A stretch of DNA of 64,000 nucleotides, taken from IMG/VR virus record IMGVR_UViG_3300028558_000018, positions 80,390 through 144,389 of that record. The stretch is one strand, 5' to 3'. Of the stretch, positions 37,128 to 47,368 are shown in pieces (the stretch's first letter is position 1; each line of letters opens with the position of its first letter). The notes below the pieces were generated by a model. The model had not been told where the DNA came from and made no database searches. It saw only the letters and a list, made by a program, of their open reading frames with translations. The position numbers and the translations under genes were made by a program. This DNA is from a virus.

Positions 37128-37159
37128 TAACGAAAACTCTAATCAAAAGTCGCGCCGAG

Positions 37160-37363
37160 TCAATTTAATTCTACTTTATTAAATCCAAAAGCTAGAGCAT
37201 CTTGCGCGAGAATTATTTGAGTTAATGCTTTAATATAAAGGACTCCTTTATGGCTAATAAATTCGTAGTCTTTATTAAAGATAAACCCCGCGTTGCTAAA
37301 GAATTGGATGATTTCGGCTTCGGATTTGTTCTCGGGCAAGGAAATAACACTTTTAAGTTTCAT
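37160..37363 (-). CDS. Hypothetical protein
   Basis: Early array ORF. Confidence 0.6.
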   Translation of the reverse strand: MKLKSVISLPENKSEAEIIQFFSNAGFIFNKDYEFISHKGVLYIKALTQIILAQDALAFGFNKVELN

Positions 37364-37366
37364 AGA

Positions 37367-37579
37367 TTATTCCTCGGTTTGCTCGAAAATAATATTTTGT
37401 CCAGCGTGTTCTCTAAAATGCTCAAAATCCCTAAATCGCGGCAAATTATCATGCTCGCGCATATTATTGATTGTCCAGAGCAAATTTTCCTCTTTGGTTT
37501 CCATTTTATTCTCGTTTACATAAATAGGACTAATTGAACCCATTGAGGGAATAAAGGGAATATGGGCGATATAGTTCAT
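37367..37579 (-). CDS. Hypothetical protein
   Basis: Early array ORF. Confidence 0.6.
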   Translation of the reverse strand: MNYIAHIPFIPSMGSISPIYVNENKMETKEENLLWTINNMREHDNLPRFRDFEHFREHAGQNIIFEQTEE

Positions 37580-37582
37580 AAA

Positions 37583-37792
37583 TTAATAAGCGCGGATAAA
37601 CAAAATTCCTTCCCAATCTTGAACCAAAGTTGCTTTTTCGATCTTATAATACTTATTCCCATCGGTAATCAAAATTGGCGTATTTGTAGAATAAAGTTGC
37701 AAAGCTTTGTGTCGGGTAATGCTTTTGACAAAAACCATAGGATATTCAATGAGAAATCCCGCATCCAAACAAATTTCAAGTTGTGTTTTCAT
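37583..37792 (-). CDS. Hypothetical protein
   Basis: Early array ORF. Confidence 0.6.
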   Translation of the reverse strand: MKTQLEICLDAGFLIEYPMVFVKSITRHKALQLYSTNTPILITDGNKYYKIEKATLVQDWEGILFIRAY

Positions 37793-37795
37793 AAA

Positions 37796-37987
37796 TTAAT
37801 CAATTTTTGTTAATTGGTGCGGCGAGTAATTTTCTTTGATATTCCCCAACCACCGTTTGATTATGTGAGTATCCTTACTATTATCTATTTCAACGACAAC
37901 TTCGCCCATAAAGGTAAATCCCTTAATCGTTCCGGTTTCACCTAGATGAGTTTTCACCCTATCTTTTTCTTTAAAATTGTGGTTCAT
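37796..37987 (-). CDS. Small SH3/KOW-like barrel protein
   Basis: FKEKDRVK..GETGTI; own promoter. Confidence 0.6.
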   Translation of the reverse strand: MNHNFKEKDRVKTHLGETGTIKGFTFMGEVVVEIDNSKDTHIIKRWLGNIKENYSPHQLTKID

Positions 37988-38037
37988 AATTTATTACGTT
38001 CTCACTCTGTATTATTTGCGGCGCGTTGTCAAATTAA

Positions 38038-38223
38038 TTAAACGTAAAATCTATTGTGAACTTTGGGGCGGCGAAACGATTCTTTAATAACCTTATTGCC
38101 CCAATAAGCGGCAATTTTATCCCAATAGCGTTTTCTACGTTTATTTTGCGCTCGTTGAAAATTATCCTCCGCGCAATAAAGCTTATTCATCAGCCTATTG
38201 AGGTTATTTTGTTTATTATTCAT
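38038..38223 (-). CDS. Hypothetical basic protein
   Basis: TAATATG junction. Confidence 0.55.
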   Translation of the reverse strand: MNNKQNNLNRLMNKLYCAEDNFQRAQNKRRKRYWDKIAAYWGNKVIKESFRRPKVHNRFYV

Positions 38224-38224
38224 A

Positions 38225-38701
38225 TTAAACGCTTTGAGAGAGAATTTTGTTAAAATATGCCTCATCCCGCCATTCACTCACTAATTTGAACTTATCGTAA
38301 AAATTGCGCGGCGAAAAATAAACAATTACGCCATGTTTATTAGGTTTGGCGCAGAAATAATCATGAGACTTAATAAAGCCTTTTTTAGTGTAAATCCCGC
38401 ACTCGATATTAAACTTATGGCGATAGGGTTTATCGTTAAGCAAACTAACACAATTAACCTTATTAAACTCTAATTCTACCAATCGGGAATCACTGGCATT
38501 TCCAACTATTCCAGAAGAACAACTGGATTCGGCGCAATATTTAAAATCCCAATAATATTTATCATTCGCCGTCCAATCCACAATAAGGAATAGCCAATTA
38601 TCGGGAGTTTTATGCAATGAATAATTGGTAAACTTAAACCCTGTTTTGAGAGCTTTATTTAGGCCCAAATTGGGAATAGAAGCGTATGGGAGAATTTTCA
38701 T
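38225..38701 (-). CDS. Hypothetical protein
   Basis: 158 aa ORF after tRNA. Confidence 0.65.
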   Translation of the reverse strand: MKILPYASIPNLGLNKALKTGFKFTNYSLHKTPDNWLFLIVDWTANDKYYWDFKYCAESSCSSGIVGNASDSRLVELEFNKVNCVSLLNDKPYRHKFNIECGIYTKKGFIKSHDYFCAKPNKHGVIVYFSPRNFYDKFKLVSEWRDEAYFNKILSQSV

Positions 38702-38711
38702 TATATTAAAG

Positions 38712-38802
38712 TGGTGCGCATTCTCGGACTTGAACCGAGACTTTATTTTTTAAGTAAAAATGGGGTTTAAACCCATCGTGTCTGCCATTCCACCAAATGC
38801 GC
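38712..38802 (-). tRNA. tRNA-Leu(TAA), type II with AU-rich variable arm, encoded CCA
   Basis: GCGCATT/AATGCGC-A-CCA; ATGGG-TTTAAAC-CCCAT; CTCGG-TTCAAGT-CCGAG. Confidence 0.92.
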
Positions 38803-38817
38803 AAAATTGTTTATTAA

Positions 38818-39000
38818 TTATTCTTTAATTGAATAATATTGAGTATGTGAGATTCGCCCCACGTCAAAATCATATTCCCAATTAGCTCTTACCGCGTCGT
38901 TCCATTTAAGAAATTGTCCACTAATAGAGCATTTAATTTTAATATTCGCAGATGGTTCATCTTCGTTAACTTGAAAAATCTTAATTGGTCGGCGGCTCAT
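38818..39000 (-). CDS. Hypothetical protein
   Basis: Early array ORF. Confidence 0.55.
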   Translation of the reverse strand: MSRRPIKIFQVNEDEPSANIKIKCSISGQFLKWNDAVRANWEYDFDVGRISHTQYYSIKE

Positions 39001-39015
39001 TAGGTAGGACGATAT

Positions 39016-39414
39016 TTAAACTTGGTTATTTGTCAAATTAATTTTATCCTGAGCCAATTTTTTATACCCTTCAGGCAAATCCAATAGCCATTGGAGTCTA
39101 AATTCTGCGCTAAATCTATCACTAATATAACTTAAATTACCTTCAATTTCTTCAATAGATTTATATCCATAAGTTTGCTCGCCCGTTCGATTATCTGGCT
39201 TATATTTTGGACCACCTTTCCAATCTTTATAAATAAGCTTTAAATCTTCGCGCAAATACTCAATATAATTCTTAATCACCCCTTTATACTTATTAATTCG
39301 AGAAATTGTTTCCTCAATAGGCCGCACGGCATAATTATTAAAAATACCAAATCGAAGAATAGCATGATAAGCTTTCGCTTTTTGCTTAAATTTATGGAAT
39401 TTTTGCTTTTTCAT
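39016..39414 (-). CDS. Hypothetical protein
   Basis: 132 aa ORF. Confidence 0.65.
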   Translation of the reverse strand: MKKQKFHKFKQKAKAYHAILRFGIFNNYAVRPIEETISRINKYKGVIKNYIEYLREDLKLIYKDWKGGPKYKPDNRTGEQTYGYKSIEEIEGNLSYISDRFSAEFRLQWLLDLPEGYKKLAQDKINLTNNQV

Positions 39415-39418
39415 ATAA

Positions 39419-39610
39419 TTAACTTAATCTGCTAGAGGGCCAAACCGCGCTTTTATTTCCAATTGGATGCTTAACCGTAATTCATTGATATTCAACTCCG
39501 TCAATATTCTTATAAATCTGCTCACTTATAAAGGTAATCTTACCCATATAAGGCTCCTCACCTCTATCGGCGGGGCAATTTACTAGCTGATTCAATTTAA
39601 ACTTTTTCAT
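39419..39610 (-). pseudogene. 63-codon ORF interrupted by in-frame TGA at 39482-39484
   Basis: MKKFKLNQLVNCPADRGE..GVEYQ*ITVKHP..VWPSSRLS; fills the gap between neighbours exactly. Confidence 0.65.
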
Positions 39611-39612
39611 AT

Positions 39613-39780
39613 TTAATCCTTATAAGGTAATTTAATCACGCCACGCTCTTTGCGAACTTCTAAAAAACAATTAAATAGAGTCTTCTCAAATTCGTCCTCG
39701 CTAAGATATTTGCCCACTAATTGGCGATACCAAAGTTTATTCCTTTCGGAATTGATAACGTAATAATAGAAAATTTCCAT
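39613..39780 (-). CDS. Hypothetical protein (55 aa, not in track)
   Basis: TTGAC 34 nt upstream of ATG. Confidence 0.6.
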   Translation of the reverse strand: MEIFYYYVINSERNKLWYRQLVGKYLSEDEFEKTLFNCFLEVRKERGVIKLPYKD

Positions 39781-39831
39781 AAAAGAACGTTAACAGAAAT
39801 AACTTCTATGTCAATAACTTTTAATTAAAAC

Positions 39832-40020
39832 TTAACAATCTCCCAAATTGCAAAATTGAAAATTTTCATTAATTTCATGGCATTCAATCGGATCGTTCGC
39901 CTCGTAATTAATTTTAAATTTCTTCATCTTTTCTCGCGCTGATTCTTCATTATGAGAAATAACAATAATGCAGCCACGCCAACCACAGTCTTGAGTGTAA
40001 ATATAAAGTTCTGGTTTCAT
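39832..40020 (-). CDS. Hypothetical protein
   Basis: Early array ORF. Confidence 0.6.
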   Translation of the reverse strand: MKPELYIYTQDCGWRGCIIVISHNEESAREKMKKFKINYEANDPIECHEINENFQFCNLGDC

Positions 40021-40194
40021 AAATTAGCCCGCGAAAGAAGTGTCAATTTCAAGATTTTCCCCACCGACAATTACCGCGACGACGCCCTTTTTAGTGACGA
40101 ATTCCTGCGCGGCATTAATATTATCAAAATACTTGGCCCAAAGCATTTTACCAGTTTTATCGGACCAAATTACTGCATATTTGAAGTTCATAAA

Positions 40195-40542
40195 TTAAAT
40201 ATTATATTCCGGTTGTTTGCCCAATTGAATCCGCAAATTCAATCTTTTCTGTAATTCTTTTAAATAATCAAGATATTGGTGAGGCCCATTAACAATATTA
40301 TATTCGCAATTTTTATCCAATTTAACGCACTCTAATACTTTAATTAGCGCGGCCTCAAATGAATCTTCGTAACCATTTGTGACATTATCGTTATCACTAG
40401 AAGAATCGCACAATACGCATTTCCACCACCATTTATTTTCCTGTTGTTCACTTGGCCGAATTGAGCCAAACCACCAGAGAGAACAATATAATTGCACGCC
40501 TCCGTCAACTAATCGCCATGCGGCTTTTTGAGTTTGTTTCAT
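40195..40542 (-). CDS. Hypothetical protein
   Basis: Early array ORF. Confidence 0.65.
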   Translation of the reverse strand: MKQTQKAAWRLVDGGVQLYCSLWWFGSIRPSEQQENKWWWKCVLCDSSSDNDNVTNGYEDSFEAALIKVLECVKLDKNCEYNIVNGPHQYLDYLKELQKRLNLRIQLGKQPEYNI

Positions 40543-40543
40543 A

Positions 40544-41131
40544 TTAGTCTTTTAGCTTAAAATAATCATTGATAAACCTCACACAAACCGGATGCGGCGG
40601 CATATTGCTGTGAAAATTATCCATGCATTGACCGATAATATAGCGAGCGAAGCAATTTTTGTTCTGATAAAATTCCTTTGGCTGATTTAGCCCATAATTA
40701 TGCACGAAATCATTATCCTCAAACCATTTAAGCAATTTTGCATAATCAATATTTAGCCCAATATGGTCGGCGATTTCAGCAAATTGCTTTAGCCAATGCA
40801 TGAGAAAGTCTGTTTCAAAATTCTTAGAGCCATAAATCACCTTCAATAGAAAATCTACTTCTTTTTGCGATTTATTCAACGATTCTTTGCGGTCATTTTC
40901 CGCTTTAATTCCTTCGGGCGAATTTGCGTAATCCTCGCGGGATTTATCTATTTTAACTTTCCACTCTTTATATATTGAATCGTTAGTGGATTGCGGAGTC
41001 GCAACCAATTTAATGCCATTAAAATCACTTTCGACATTGCAATTTTTATTAATCGCCATTTGGCAAATTACATCGCAAACATGGCTAATATGGTTGCCAC
41101 AATCGGATTTATATTGGATAGTTTTCATCAT
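40544..41131 (-). CDS. Hypothetical protein
   Basis: 195 aa ORF. Confidence 0.7.
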   Translation of the reverse strand: MMKTIQYKSDCGNHISHVCDVICQMAINKNCNVESDFNGIKLVATPQSTNDSIYKEWKVKIDKSREDYANSPEGIKAENDRKESLNKSQKEVDFLLKVIYGSKNFETDFLMHWLKQFAEIADHIGLNIDYAKLLKWFEDNDFVHNYGLNQPKEFYQNKNCFARYIIGQCMDNFHSNMPPHPVCVRFINDYFKLKD

Positions 41132-41159
41132 TGGGATAATCTATATTAGAATTGTTCTA

Positions 41160-41405
41160 TTAATCAATCAGTTTCGTCAAAACACTCAATGGAATGAATT
41201 TGGCAATATGAATGACTTCCGCGCCCATTTTGTGATTAATTGCGCCATAATCATCCACATAAGCAGTTTCATCGCCAGTAACCATTTTAATTAACGCTTT
41301 ATCAGAAGAATTCGCGCCGGATTTTTTGCATTTAAGCGCGGCGAGTTTAATACTCTCGCCCTTTCCCCAATAGCCCACCACCATTACGATAAATATATGT
41401 TTCAT
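41160..41405 (-). CDS. Hypothetical protein
   Basis: ATG 41405; YWGKGES..AYVDDYG. Confidence 0.6.
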   Translation of the reverse strand: MKHIFIVMVVGYWGKGESIKLAALKCKKSGANSSDKALIKMVTGDETAYVDDYGAINHKMGAEVIHIAKFIPLSVLTKLID

Positions 41406-41416
41406 AGTTGATTTAA

Positions 41417-41836
41417 TTAAACTACCACACAATTAGCCTTGCGCTGTTCAAAATATTCGCGAAAACCAATAAGATATTTAGTTTCCGTTAGGCGCAGCCG
41501 TGAGCAAATCACCGCCAATACGCGATTGAAATATTTAACACTTTCATCAGATTCGTATAAATCGCGCTTATTCATCCCATATTTCCACGCATTATTAGGA
41601 GCGCAATCACGAATAAATTCCGCGACATGAAAATCATAAGTGCCCCGTGCAATAAGGAGTTGAATAACAATTGGCGAAAAATGATCCACCAAACATTCAG
41701 AGGTAACATCCTCCAAATCTAGCCCGCAACGTTCGGCCCAAATTTTGCGCACGCCTTCAATAGTGCTATTTTGGTCTTGTTTAACGTAAAATATTACGGC
41801 GTTATCCCATTTATCTAATTTTGGTAGATTATTCAT
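41417..41836 (-). CDS. Hypothetical protein
   Basis: TAATATG junction. Confidence 0.65.
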   Translation of the reverse strand: MNNLPKLDKWDNAVIFYVKQDQNSTIEGVRKIWAERCGLDLEDVTSECLVDHFSPIVIQLLIARGTYDFHVAEFIRDCAPNNAWKYGMNKRDLYESDESVKYFNRVLAVICSRLRLTETKYLIGFREYFEQRKANCVVV

Positions 41837-41837
41837 A

Positions 41838-42032
41838 TTATTTGGTTTCTTCAAAAATTCTCGCAATTGACCGCGCAAGGCCAATATTAGATTTAGTTCC
41901 CCAAGAAGTATTATAACGGGTTTGCCCGCCCTCTTGAATTGGATGCAAACTTAGCATTTCAATAATTTGCTCGCCAATTTTCGCATCGCGAATATTAATT
42001 GCTTCATAATCAGTTGAATCAATGATTTCCAT
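41838..42032 (-). CDS. Hypothetical protein
   Basis: RYNTSWGTKS..GLAR pattern. Confidence 0.65.
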   Translation of the reverse strand: MEIIDSTDYEAINIRDAKIGEQIIEMLSLHPIQEGGQTRYNTSWGTKSNIGLARSIARIFEETK

Positions 42033-42237
42033 ATAGAAGGACGTTAGCAGATTTTTATCCTAAGTCGAGAAGATTTTGATTAAGATTAATTATTTTATAT
42101 CCCATTGATTGACACCATTTTATTGCGTTTTCTTTTCGGGAAAACTGATTCAAATGGGATTTATCAGCATTATCATAAATATCATAAAAAGGCTTATTAT
42201 TTTCGTCAATTGAATATATGATTATTACGTTCATAAA

Positions 42238-42558
42238 TCATTCAATATTATTACTATTTTCATCCTGACACCTAATATCCACTGGATGATACCAATTTCC
42301 ATCCATATGATTAGAGCGAGGTTCATGTTCTCCAAATATTTCGCATTTATACTTCTCATTCCACCAAGGCAATCCGCTCATTTTCACAAAATATTGAGAA
42401 CACCGTTCACAAAGAAAAATATCTCCAGCAGGCTTATTTTTAGCTAATTTCCAAAAATCATGACCGCATGAAATCTTGCCGCCTTTTGCTTTATAGCGAA
42501 CAGCCTCGATAATTCTCTTCTTTTGTGCGATAGTTAAATTTTTAGGCTCGTGAATCAT
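42238..42558 (-). CDS. Hypothetical Cys/His-rich protein
   Basis: CGH..CERC. Confidence 0.6.
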   Translation of the reverse strand: MIHEPKNLTIAQKKRIIEAVRYKAKGGKISCGHDFWKLAKNKPAGDIFLCERCSQYFVKMSGLPWWNEKYKCEIFGEHEPRSNHMDGNWYHPVDIRCQDENSNNIE

Positions 42559-42699
42559 GCTGTAATTATTTTACTTCTTTAAAACTAGATAGCCACAAAT
42601 CAGAATGAATCTTTTTACATTCGCGGCAAACGTCTGGTTTAAGTGCTTTTACGGTAATATGCCCGCGTTTACATTCCCAGCGTTTGACTATTTGCTTAT

Positions 42700-42915
42700 T
42701 CATTTTTTATGGATATTGCCCAATTTAGCAATTTCCTTCCAAATCGGCCCATTGATCTTAACGGGGCGGGAAATTTGTTTATGGGGCAAAATTTGTTCAC
42801 AATTAAGCAATTCACCACTTGGCCCAAACCAAGCTGAAATTTTACCAGAAAAATCGCCGGTAATTTTGTGAATTACGAAACCGTGATTATAAAAATAGTG
42901 CTTTTGAATAGTCAT
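42700..42915 (-). CDS. Hypothetical protein
   Basis: Early array ORF. Confidence 0.6.
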   Translation of the reverse strand: MTIQKHYFYNHGFVIHKITGDFSGKISAWFGPSGELLNCEQILPHKQISRPVKINGPIWKEIAKLGNIHKK

Positions 42916-42926
42916 ATTATTAAGAA

Positions 42927-43235
42927 TTAGTCCGCCATCAAATAAGCCTCGCCGCGAATATTCGCTTCTCTACGAAGAATTTCGTTGCGGTTAATTGCCT
43001 TAAGGGGTTTCTCTTCGGTCAATTTACGATAACGCTCGCTAAATTCATCCTCGCGCACAATTGGAATCAAATATTCCACAGCGGCGAAAATTGACCTAAA
43101 TTTATGGGGAATAATTTCATCACTACAAAATCCGCGAATACCTTTACGAATTAGTGTTCCCGTTTGCTCAATATAGGAATAATCATAATTTGAGAGAAGC
43201 ATCGCAAGTTGTTTGTGAATCGGTTGTTTCATCAA
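42927..43235 (-). CDS. Hypothetical protein
   Basis: Own promoter; ATG at 43232. Confidence 0.65.
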   Translation of the reverse strand: MMKQPIHKQLAMLLSNYDYSYIEQTGTLIRKGIRGFCSDEIIPHKFRSIFAAVEYLIPIVREDEFSERYRKLTEEKPLKAINRNEILRREANIRGEAYLMAD

Positions 43236-43268
43236 TTAGGAGCCTACCACTGTGCCGCTCTAAGTCAA

Positions 43269-43580
43269 TTACTTTTTAATTTTATTATCAAATCTCAATC
43301 CAACAAAATTACACACTAAACTAGCCTTGGTTTCAATATATCGCGGCACAAATCCCTTTCCATTGCAATCATGACAATTCCAATAAGAATTATATTTGCT
43401 TCCGACTCCACTTCCGCCACAAATTGCGCAACGTTGATTATTATGCCAAGGCAGTAAAGTATAGTGCTTCCACTTATAGATTTTCTCCTTAATTTCGCAT
43501 TTCCAATGGTGATACCAATTTGTCCAAGTATTAGGGGTGAATCGCCAATAATTAGATTTAACCCAAATTAGAAATTTCAT
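43269..43580 (-). CDS. DnaJ-type zinc-finger protein
   Basis: CAICGGSG..CHDCNGKG. Confidence 0.65.
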   Translation of the reverse strand: MKFLIWVKSNYWRFTPNTWTNWYHHWKCEIKEKIYKWKHYTLLPWHNNQRCAICGGSGVGSKYNSYWNCHDCNGKGFVPRYIETKASLVCNFVGLRFDNKIKK

Positions 43581-43582
43581 AA

Positions 43583-44017
43583 TTAAAGAAATACCCTAAC
43601 AACCCAATGAGCATCGCTATATTCAATTCGTTTATATTGAATCCCGCAAGTCTCAATACATTCCTTAGCAACTTTCAATCCATCTTGAAATATGTTGCAA
43701 ACTGAAAATCCAAAAGTCGTTTCATAAGCGTTAAAATTACATATATTTTTATCCTTCAATGATTTCTGCATTGCCGCGATAATTGCTTTCCGGCGAATTT
43801 TCATATCCTCATTATTTTTCGCCTTTGATTCGATTTTATTAATTATCCATTCTGCGTCGAATTTCTTTGGGATTTTTGCGTCATTAAGCAATGGCTGCAT
43901 AGAATTCATATCTCTAATGCAAAATCCACTATAATCTTCGCTCACTTGGACTAAAATCGGCACGCCGAGAATTATTGATAGCTCTTTCTCTAAAGAAGTT
44001 GAAGGGTTATAGCTCAT
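43583..44017 (-). CDS. Hypothetical protein
   Basis: Start at 44017 avoids overlap with the upstream ORF. Confidence 0.65.
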   Translation of the reverse strand: MSYNPSTSLEKELSIILGVPILVQVSEDYSGFCIRDMNSMQPLLNDAKIPKKFDAEWIINKIESKAKNNEDMKIRRKAIIAAMQKSLKDKNICNFNAYETTFGFSVCNIFQDGLKVAKECIETCGIQYKRIEYSDAHWVVRVFL

Positions 44018-44018
44018 T

Positions 44019-44207
44019 TTAAGTCCCGCAAATAAATCGCCCCACATCCTCGTATTTATACATTTGAAGTTTATAACCCTCAATAGAAGGGAATTTAAAT
44101 TGAAATTCTTTAAATAGAGCCAATGCTTTCTCGTTCTCTTGCAAACTCCGTTCATGAGTAGCAAATAGGTGAACTCCGTCTTTAGAAACATTAATTTCGT
44201 AGTGCAT
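44019..44207 (-). CDS. Hypothetical protein
   Basis: YEINVSKDGVHLFAT..KFP..EGY pattern. Confidence 0.7.
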   Translation of the reverse strand: MHYEINVSKDGVHLFATHERSLQENEKALALFKEFQFKFPSIEGYKLQMYKYEDVGRFICGT

Positions 44208-44209
44208 AA

Positions 44210-44488
44210 TTATTTAATCAAATAAGGCTTAACCTGTTCAAACGAGAATGTAAAACAATCAACGTCCTTTTCATCGCAAAATAGTGTCAATTCATTCTTT
44301 CTCACCGCAATTTTCTTATTATCGTCGCGCTCAAATGTAAATGTCCATTCTTGATTATCCTCTTCCCAGCTAATCATGATGGAATCACTTGGATTTTCAT
44401 AGATTTGAATAACTTTGTCGTCGGCTTTTACAATTAAATCGGCGCGGTTAATCAACTCAATAAATTTGCTCCAAGTAATAGTTTTCAT
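44210..44488 (-). CDS. Hypothetical protein
   Basis: TTGAC 35 nt upstream. Confidence 0.65.
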   Translation of the reverse strand: MKTITWSKFIELINRADLIVKADDKVIQIYENPSDSIMISWEEDNQEWTFTFERDDNKKIAVRKNELTLFCDEKDVDCFTFSFEQVKPYLIK

Positions 44489-44529
44489 AGTTAACAAGTT
44501 AATAGAACTTTGCGCTTTGTCAAATAGAT

Positions 44530-44727
44530 TTAAACATTTTCTAATTCTTTTTCAATCTCGTGCCAAATTTGTTTTTGAGTTAATCCCTCTATGTTGTTGG
44601 GATAATGTTTAATTAGCGAATTTTTGATATAAAGCATCCTATCGTAACGACTATGGGGTTTAGAACTTAGCGCAGTTAAGCTAATATGCCATAAATCGCT
44701 AATTAAGAGATTTAACGGGCGGATCAT
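44530..44727 (-). CDS. Hypothetical protein
   Basis: ATGA overlap. Confidence 0.6.
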   Translation of the reverse strand: MIRPLNLLISDLWHISLTALSSKPHSRYDRMLYIKNSLIKHYPNNIEGLTQKQIWHEIEKELENV

Positions 44728-45533
44728 GATTTATTAGGAAACAATTCCTTAGCCTTTTCGTATTTAGCAGAATTCTCTTCTAAATCAATATATTCCATCA
44801 AATCCTTATAATATCCAGATGGATGATTAGTAATCTTTTGGCCCTTCTTCACGCTACCCCGCGCCGAATCTTTGTTTACTTCGGAAATCTTCTCATTGAA
44901 AAATCCCTTTGTGCGAATGGGAATATTGATGTTGTAAATCTTACATAGTTCTACTAATTCCGCGCCGCTAATTGGCTTATTAAGTTTAATTTGCTCTTTG
45001 ATGTGATTAATGCGGAGAATTTTGGCCTGTTTAAGATTTTCCTGATAGAGCGCATCGGTCTTTTCTTTTTCTAACCGCGCTATTTCGTTAATAGCCAATT
45101 GTTTAGCTTTTAATTTGGCGAGAACTTCATTGAATTCGACTTCGGTGATTGCATCGCCAAAAATAATCTTGAATTTCGTATAGCTTACTAAGTGATGCCG
45201 ATTTTGGACTAACTCGCCCGCGCACATTTTATCCCATAAATCAGTATAATAATTAGATTGTTTTTCCACCACCGATTCTTTGGATGGATATTGAGCAATA
45301 AATTTTTCTTTGAATTTACCTAATTCGCGCGCAATCTCATAAGGTTTATCGTAAATTGAATGCCCGCGCTCGTAAAGATTTCCGTTCGGAAAGGAAATTT
45401 CAAGATATAAATCTACGCCGGATTTATTATCCACCAAATAAATATTCATTCCGTAAACTTCTCCAGCTATTTGCGCCTGAATATTACGCTCCGTTTCATT
45501 GCTAAAAGCGGGAAAAATTTTAATAAGTGACAT
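44724..45533 (-). CDS. Hypothetical protein
   Basis: 269 aa; IPIRTKGF motif. Confidence 0.75.
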   Translation of the reverse strand: MSLIKIFPAFSNETERNIQAQIAGEVYGMNIYLVDNKSGVDLYLEISFPNGNLYERGHSIYDKPYEIARELGKFKEKFIAQYPSKESVVEKQSNYYTDLWDKMCAGELVQNRHHLVSYTKFKIIFGDAITEVEFNEVLAKLKAKQLAINEIARLEKEKTDALYQENLKQAKILRINHIKEQIKLNKPISGAELVELCKIYNINIPIRTKGFFNEKISEVNKDSARGSVKKGQKITNHPSGYYKDLMEYIDLEENSAKYEKAKELFPNKS

Positions 45534-45535
45534 AA

Positions 45536-45778
45536 TTATTTCTTTTTAGAATAAGCAATTAGATTCTTTACGGGAATATTTTCTTCATATAATTGACCCC
45601 AACAATCCCAACTTTGGCAATGCGCAATGCCTTTATTGTCAACGTAATGCACAGAATAAACCAACGCGCAGCTATTTTTTACCTCTTTACCATTAATCAT
45701 CTTTGTCCCGCGCATATGGGAGGGAGAATCTGCGGCGTTGTAAATTTGGCTATTGCGTTCTACTAATTTGATTTTCAT
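45536..45778 (-). CDS. Hypothetical protein
   Basis: TTGAC 36 nt upstream. Confidence 0.65.
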   Translation of the reverse strand: MKIKLVERNSQIYNAADSPSHMRGTKMINGKEVKNSCALVYSVHYVDNKGIAHCQSWDCWGQLYEENIPVKNLIAYSKKK

Positions 45779-45820
45779 ATGGGAGGACTTTATATTAATG
45801 TCGCTCTAAGTCAATTAAAA

Positions 45821-46738
45821 TCAATCGGAAAAACTTCCGAAATCAATAAAATTTTTATATTCTTTTTGGCGACTTGGCTTAAATTCAGACCAATCGAATA
45901 AGAAATTAAACTGTTTCTTAGTAGGTTTCTTAAATGAACAAATATGAATTCCCAATAATCCCTTCCCTAATTTAATCCACCCAGCCTTTTCCGCTTCATT
46001 TTCGGTTTTACCCAAACGATCAGCAAGCCAAATATGTTCCATCATGCCGCCTTCACAAGGATAAAATTTACCATTAGGCAATAACCAACCATTATCCCAA
46101 TCAAGATTAGTTGTAGGTTCGGGTGTTGGGCGGTCTTCCCGTTCAATCTGTTTGTTAATATAGGTTTCAATTGAAGGAATCCCCGCTCTTTCCATTATTT
46201 CGCGCCGCGCTTTATTTCCCGACATTACATCTTCAACTTCTTCTTGGTCAAAAGCAATTCTACGGGCATAGGGAATATCTACTTGTTTACGAATATCTTC
46301 GGGGAAATTATCCACTATTCCCCATAATTTACGCGCCCCTTCCATATCCCAACGTTCATAAGCCGCACGAATTTCATCTCCAATATCTTGTAAATCCGAT
46401 AATTGAACTTTTTCAATAAAATCATTATTTTCCAATGATTCCGTTGCCATTTTATACAAATCATCAGGGTCGGGATATTTACCATGTTGGCATAATGATA
46501 AATTCGGCACCCAATTATCGTCTTCTAGCATCCCATCAACCCCATCTTTCCCCTTGGGGTCTTGAATCATTTTCATTTTCCCGCGAATAACTTCTTCAAC
46601 ATGCTCTTTGTTTAATCCACAGGCAAGCCCATAATCAATGGCTTTTTTATATGAACCCTCGGCCCAAAAGTTTCGTAATTGACGGGTTAATCCATCGAAA
46701 TCAACGCGAAAATATAAATATTCGGTCGTAGCTTTCAT
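45821..46738 (-). CDS. Hypothetical protein
   Basis: 305 aa from ATG 46738; GWLLPNGKFYPC..EH..GWIKL. Confidence 0.75.
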   Translation of the reverse strand: MKATTEYLYFRVDFDGLTRQLRNFWAEGSYKKAIDYGLACGLNKEHVEEVIRGKMKMIQDPKGKDGVDGMLEDDNWVPNLSLCQHGKYPDPDDLYKMATESLENNDFIEKVQLSDLQDIGDEIRAAYERWDMEGARKLWGIVDNFPEDIRKQVDIPYARRIAFDQEEVEDVMSGNKARREIMERAGIPSIETYINKQIEREDRPTPEPTTNLDWDNGWLLPNGKFYPCEGGMMEHIWLADRLGKTENEAEKAGWIKLGKGLLGIHICSFKKPTKKQFNFLFDWSEFKPSRQKEYKNFIDFGSFSD

Positions 46739-46739
46739 A

Positions 46740-46952
46740 TTATTTTTCAAAAGTCTTCCAGCTAATAACTCTAATGAACAAAATTTCCATCGCGGGGCAA
46801 TAATTCTTTCCGCCACTGAACATAAATAGTGAGCGCGGGCCAATTGAGAAAATTCTGATATCGAGTTCCCATTCACGACAAATCCACATTTCAATGTCGA
46901 ATAGAGTAAAGCCTAAGTGTTTCGGTTTCATATTGATAAAATTTTTAATCAT
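46740..46952 (-). CDS. Hypothetical protein
   Basis: Early array ORF. Confidence 0.55.
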   Translation of the reverse strand: MIKNFINMKPKHLGFTLFDIEMWICREWELDIRIFSIGPRSLFMFSGGKNYCPAMEILFIRVISWKTFEK

Positions 46953-47157
46953 TGAATTCTAATTGGCTCAATTCCTTTGCGTGGTTGCTATTCTCAATCG
47001 CATACACCAAAACATTCCAGCCATTGCGAAGATAATAATCTTGTTCGTCTTTATCAAGTGATTCTAAATAGTTAGCAAATAGGGGATAAATTAGCTCGTA
47101 ATTGCGATATTTAGACGATAAATATTGTTTGAGATGATTTTTAGTAAAGTCGTCCAT
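46945..47157 (-). CDS. Hypothetical protein
   Basis: Early array ORF. Confidence 0.6.
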   Translation of the reverse strand: MDDFTKNHLKQYLSSKYRNYELIYPLFANYLESLDKDEQDYYLRNGWNVLVYAIENSNHAKELSQLEFND

Positions 47158-47368
47158 GATTATAAGAGAATTAGCGCGGCGATAAATAAAAATATAACAG
47201 TTTCCAAATTGACGAAGTTTTTATAAAATCGTTCGTTTATGGCTAAAATAAGATTTAAAAATACATTGGCAAGAGACAAAACGGCAATAAATAGCCACAA
47301 AATATGTAAAAATTTATCCATATTGATTGAAATTTTATTAATAGATTAAACGATATTTGAACTATTGA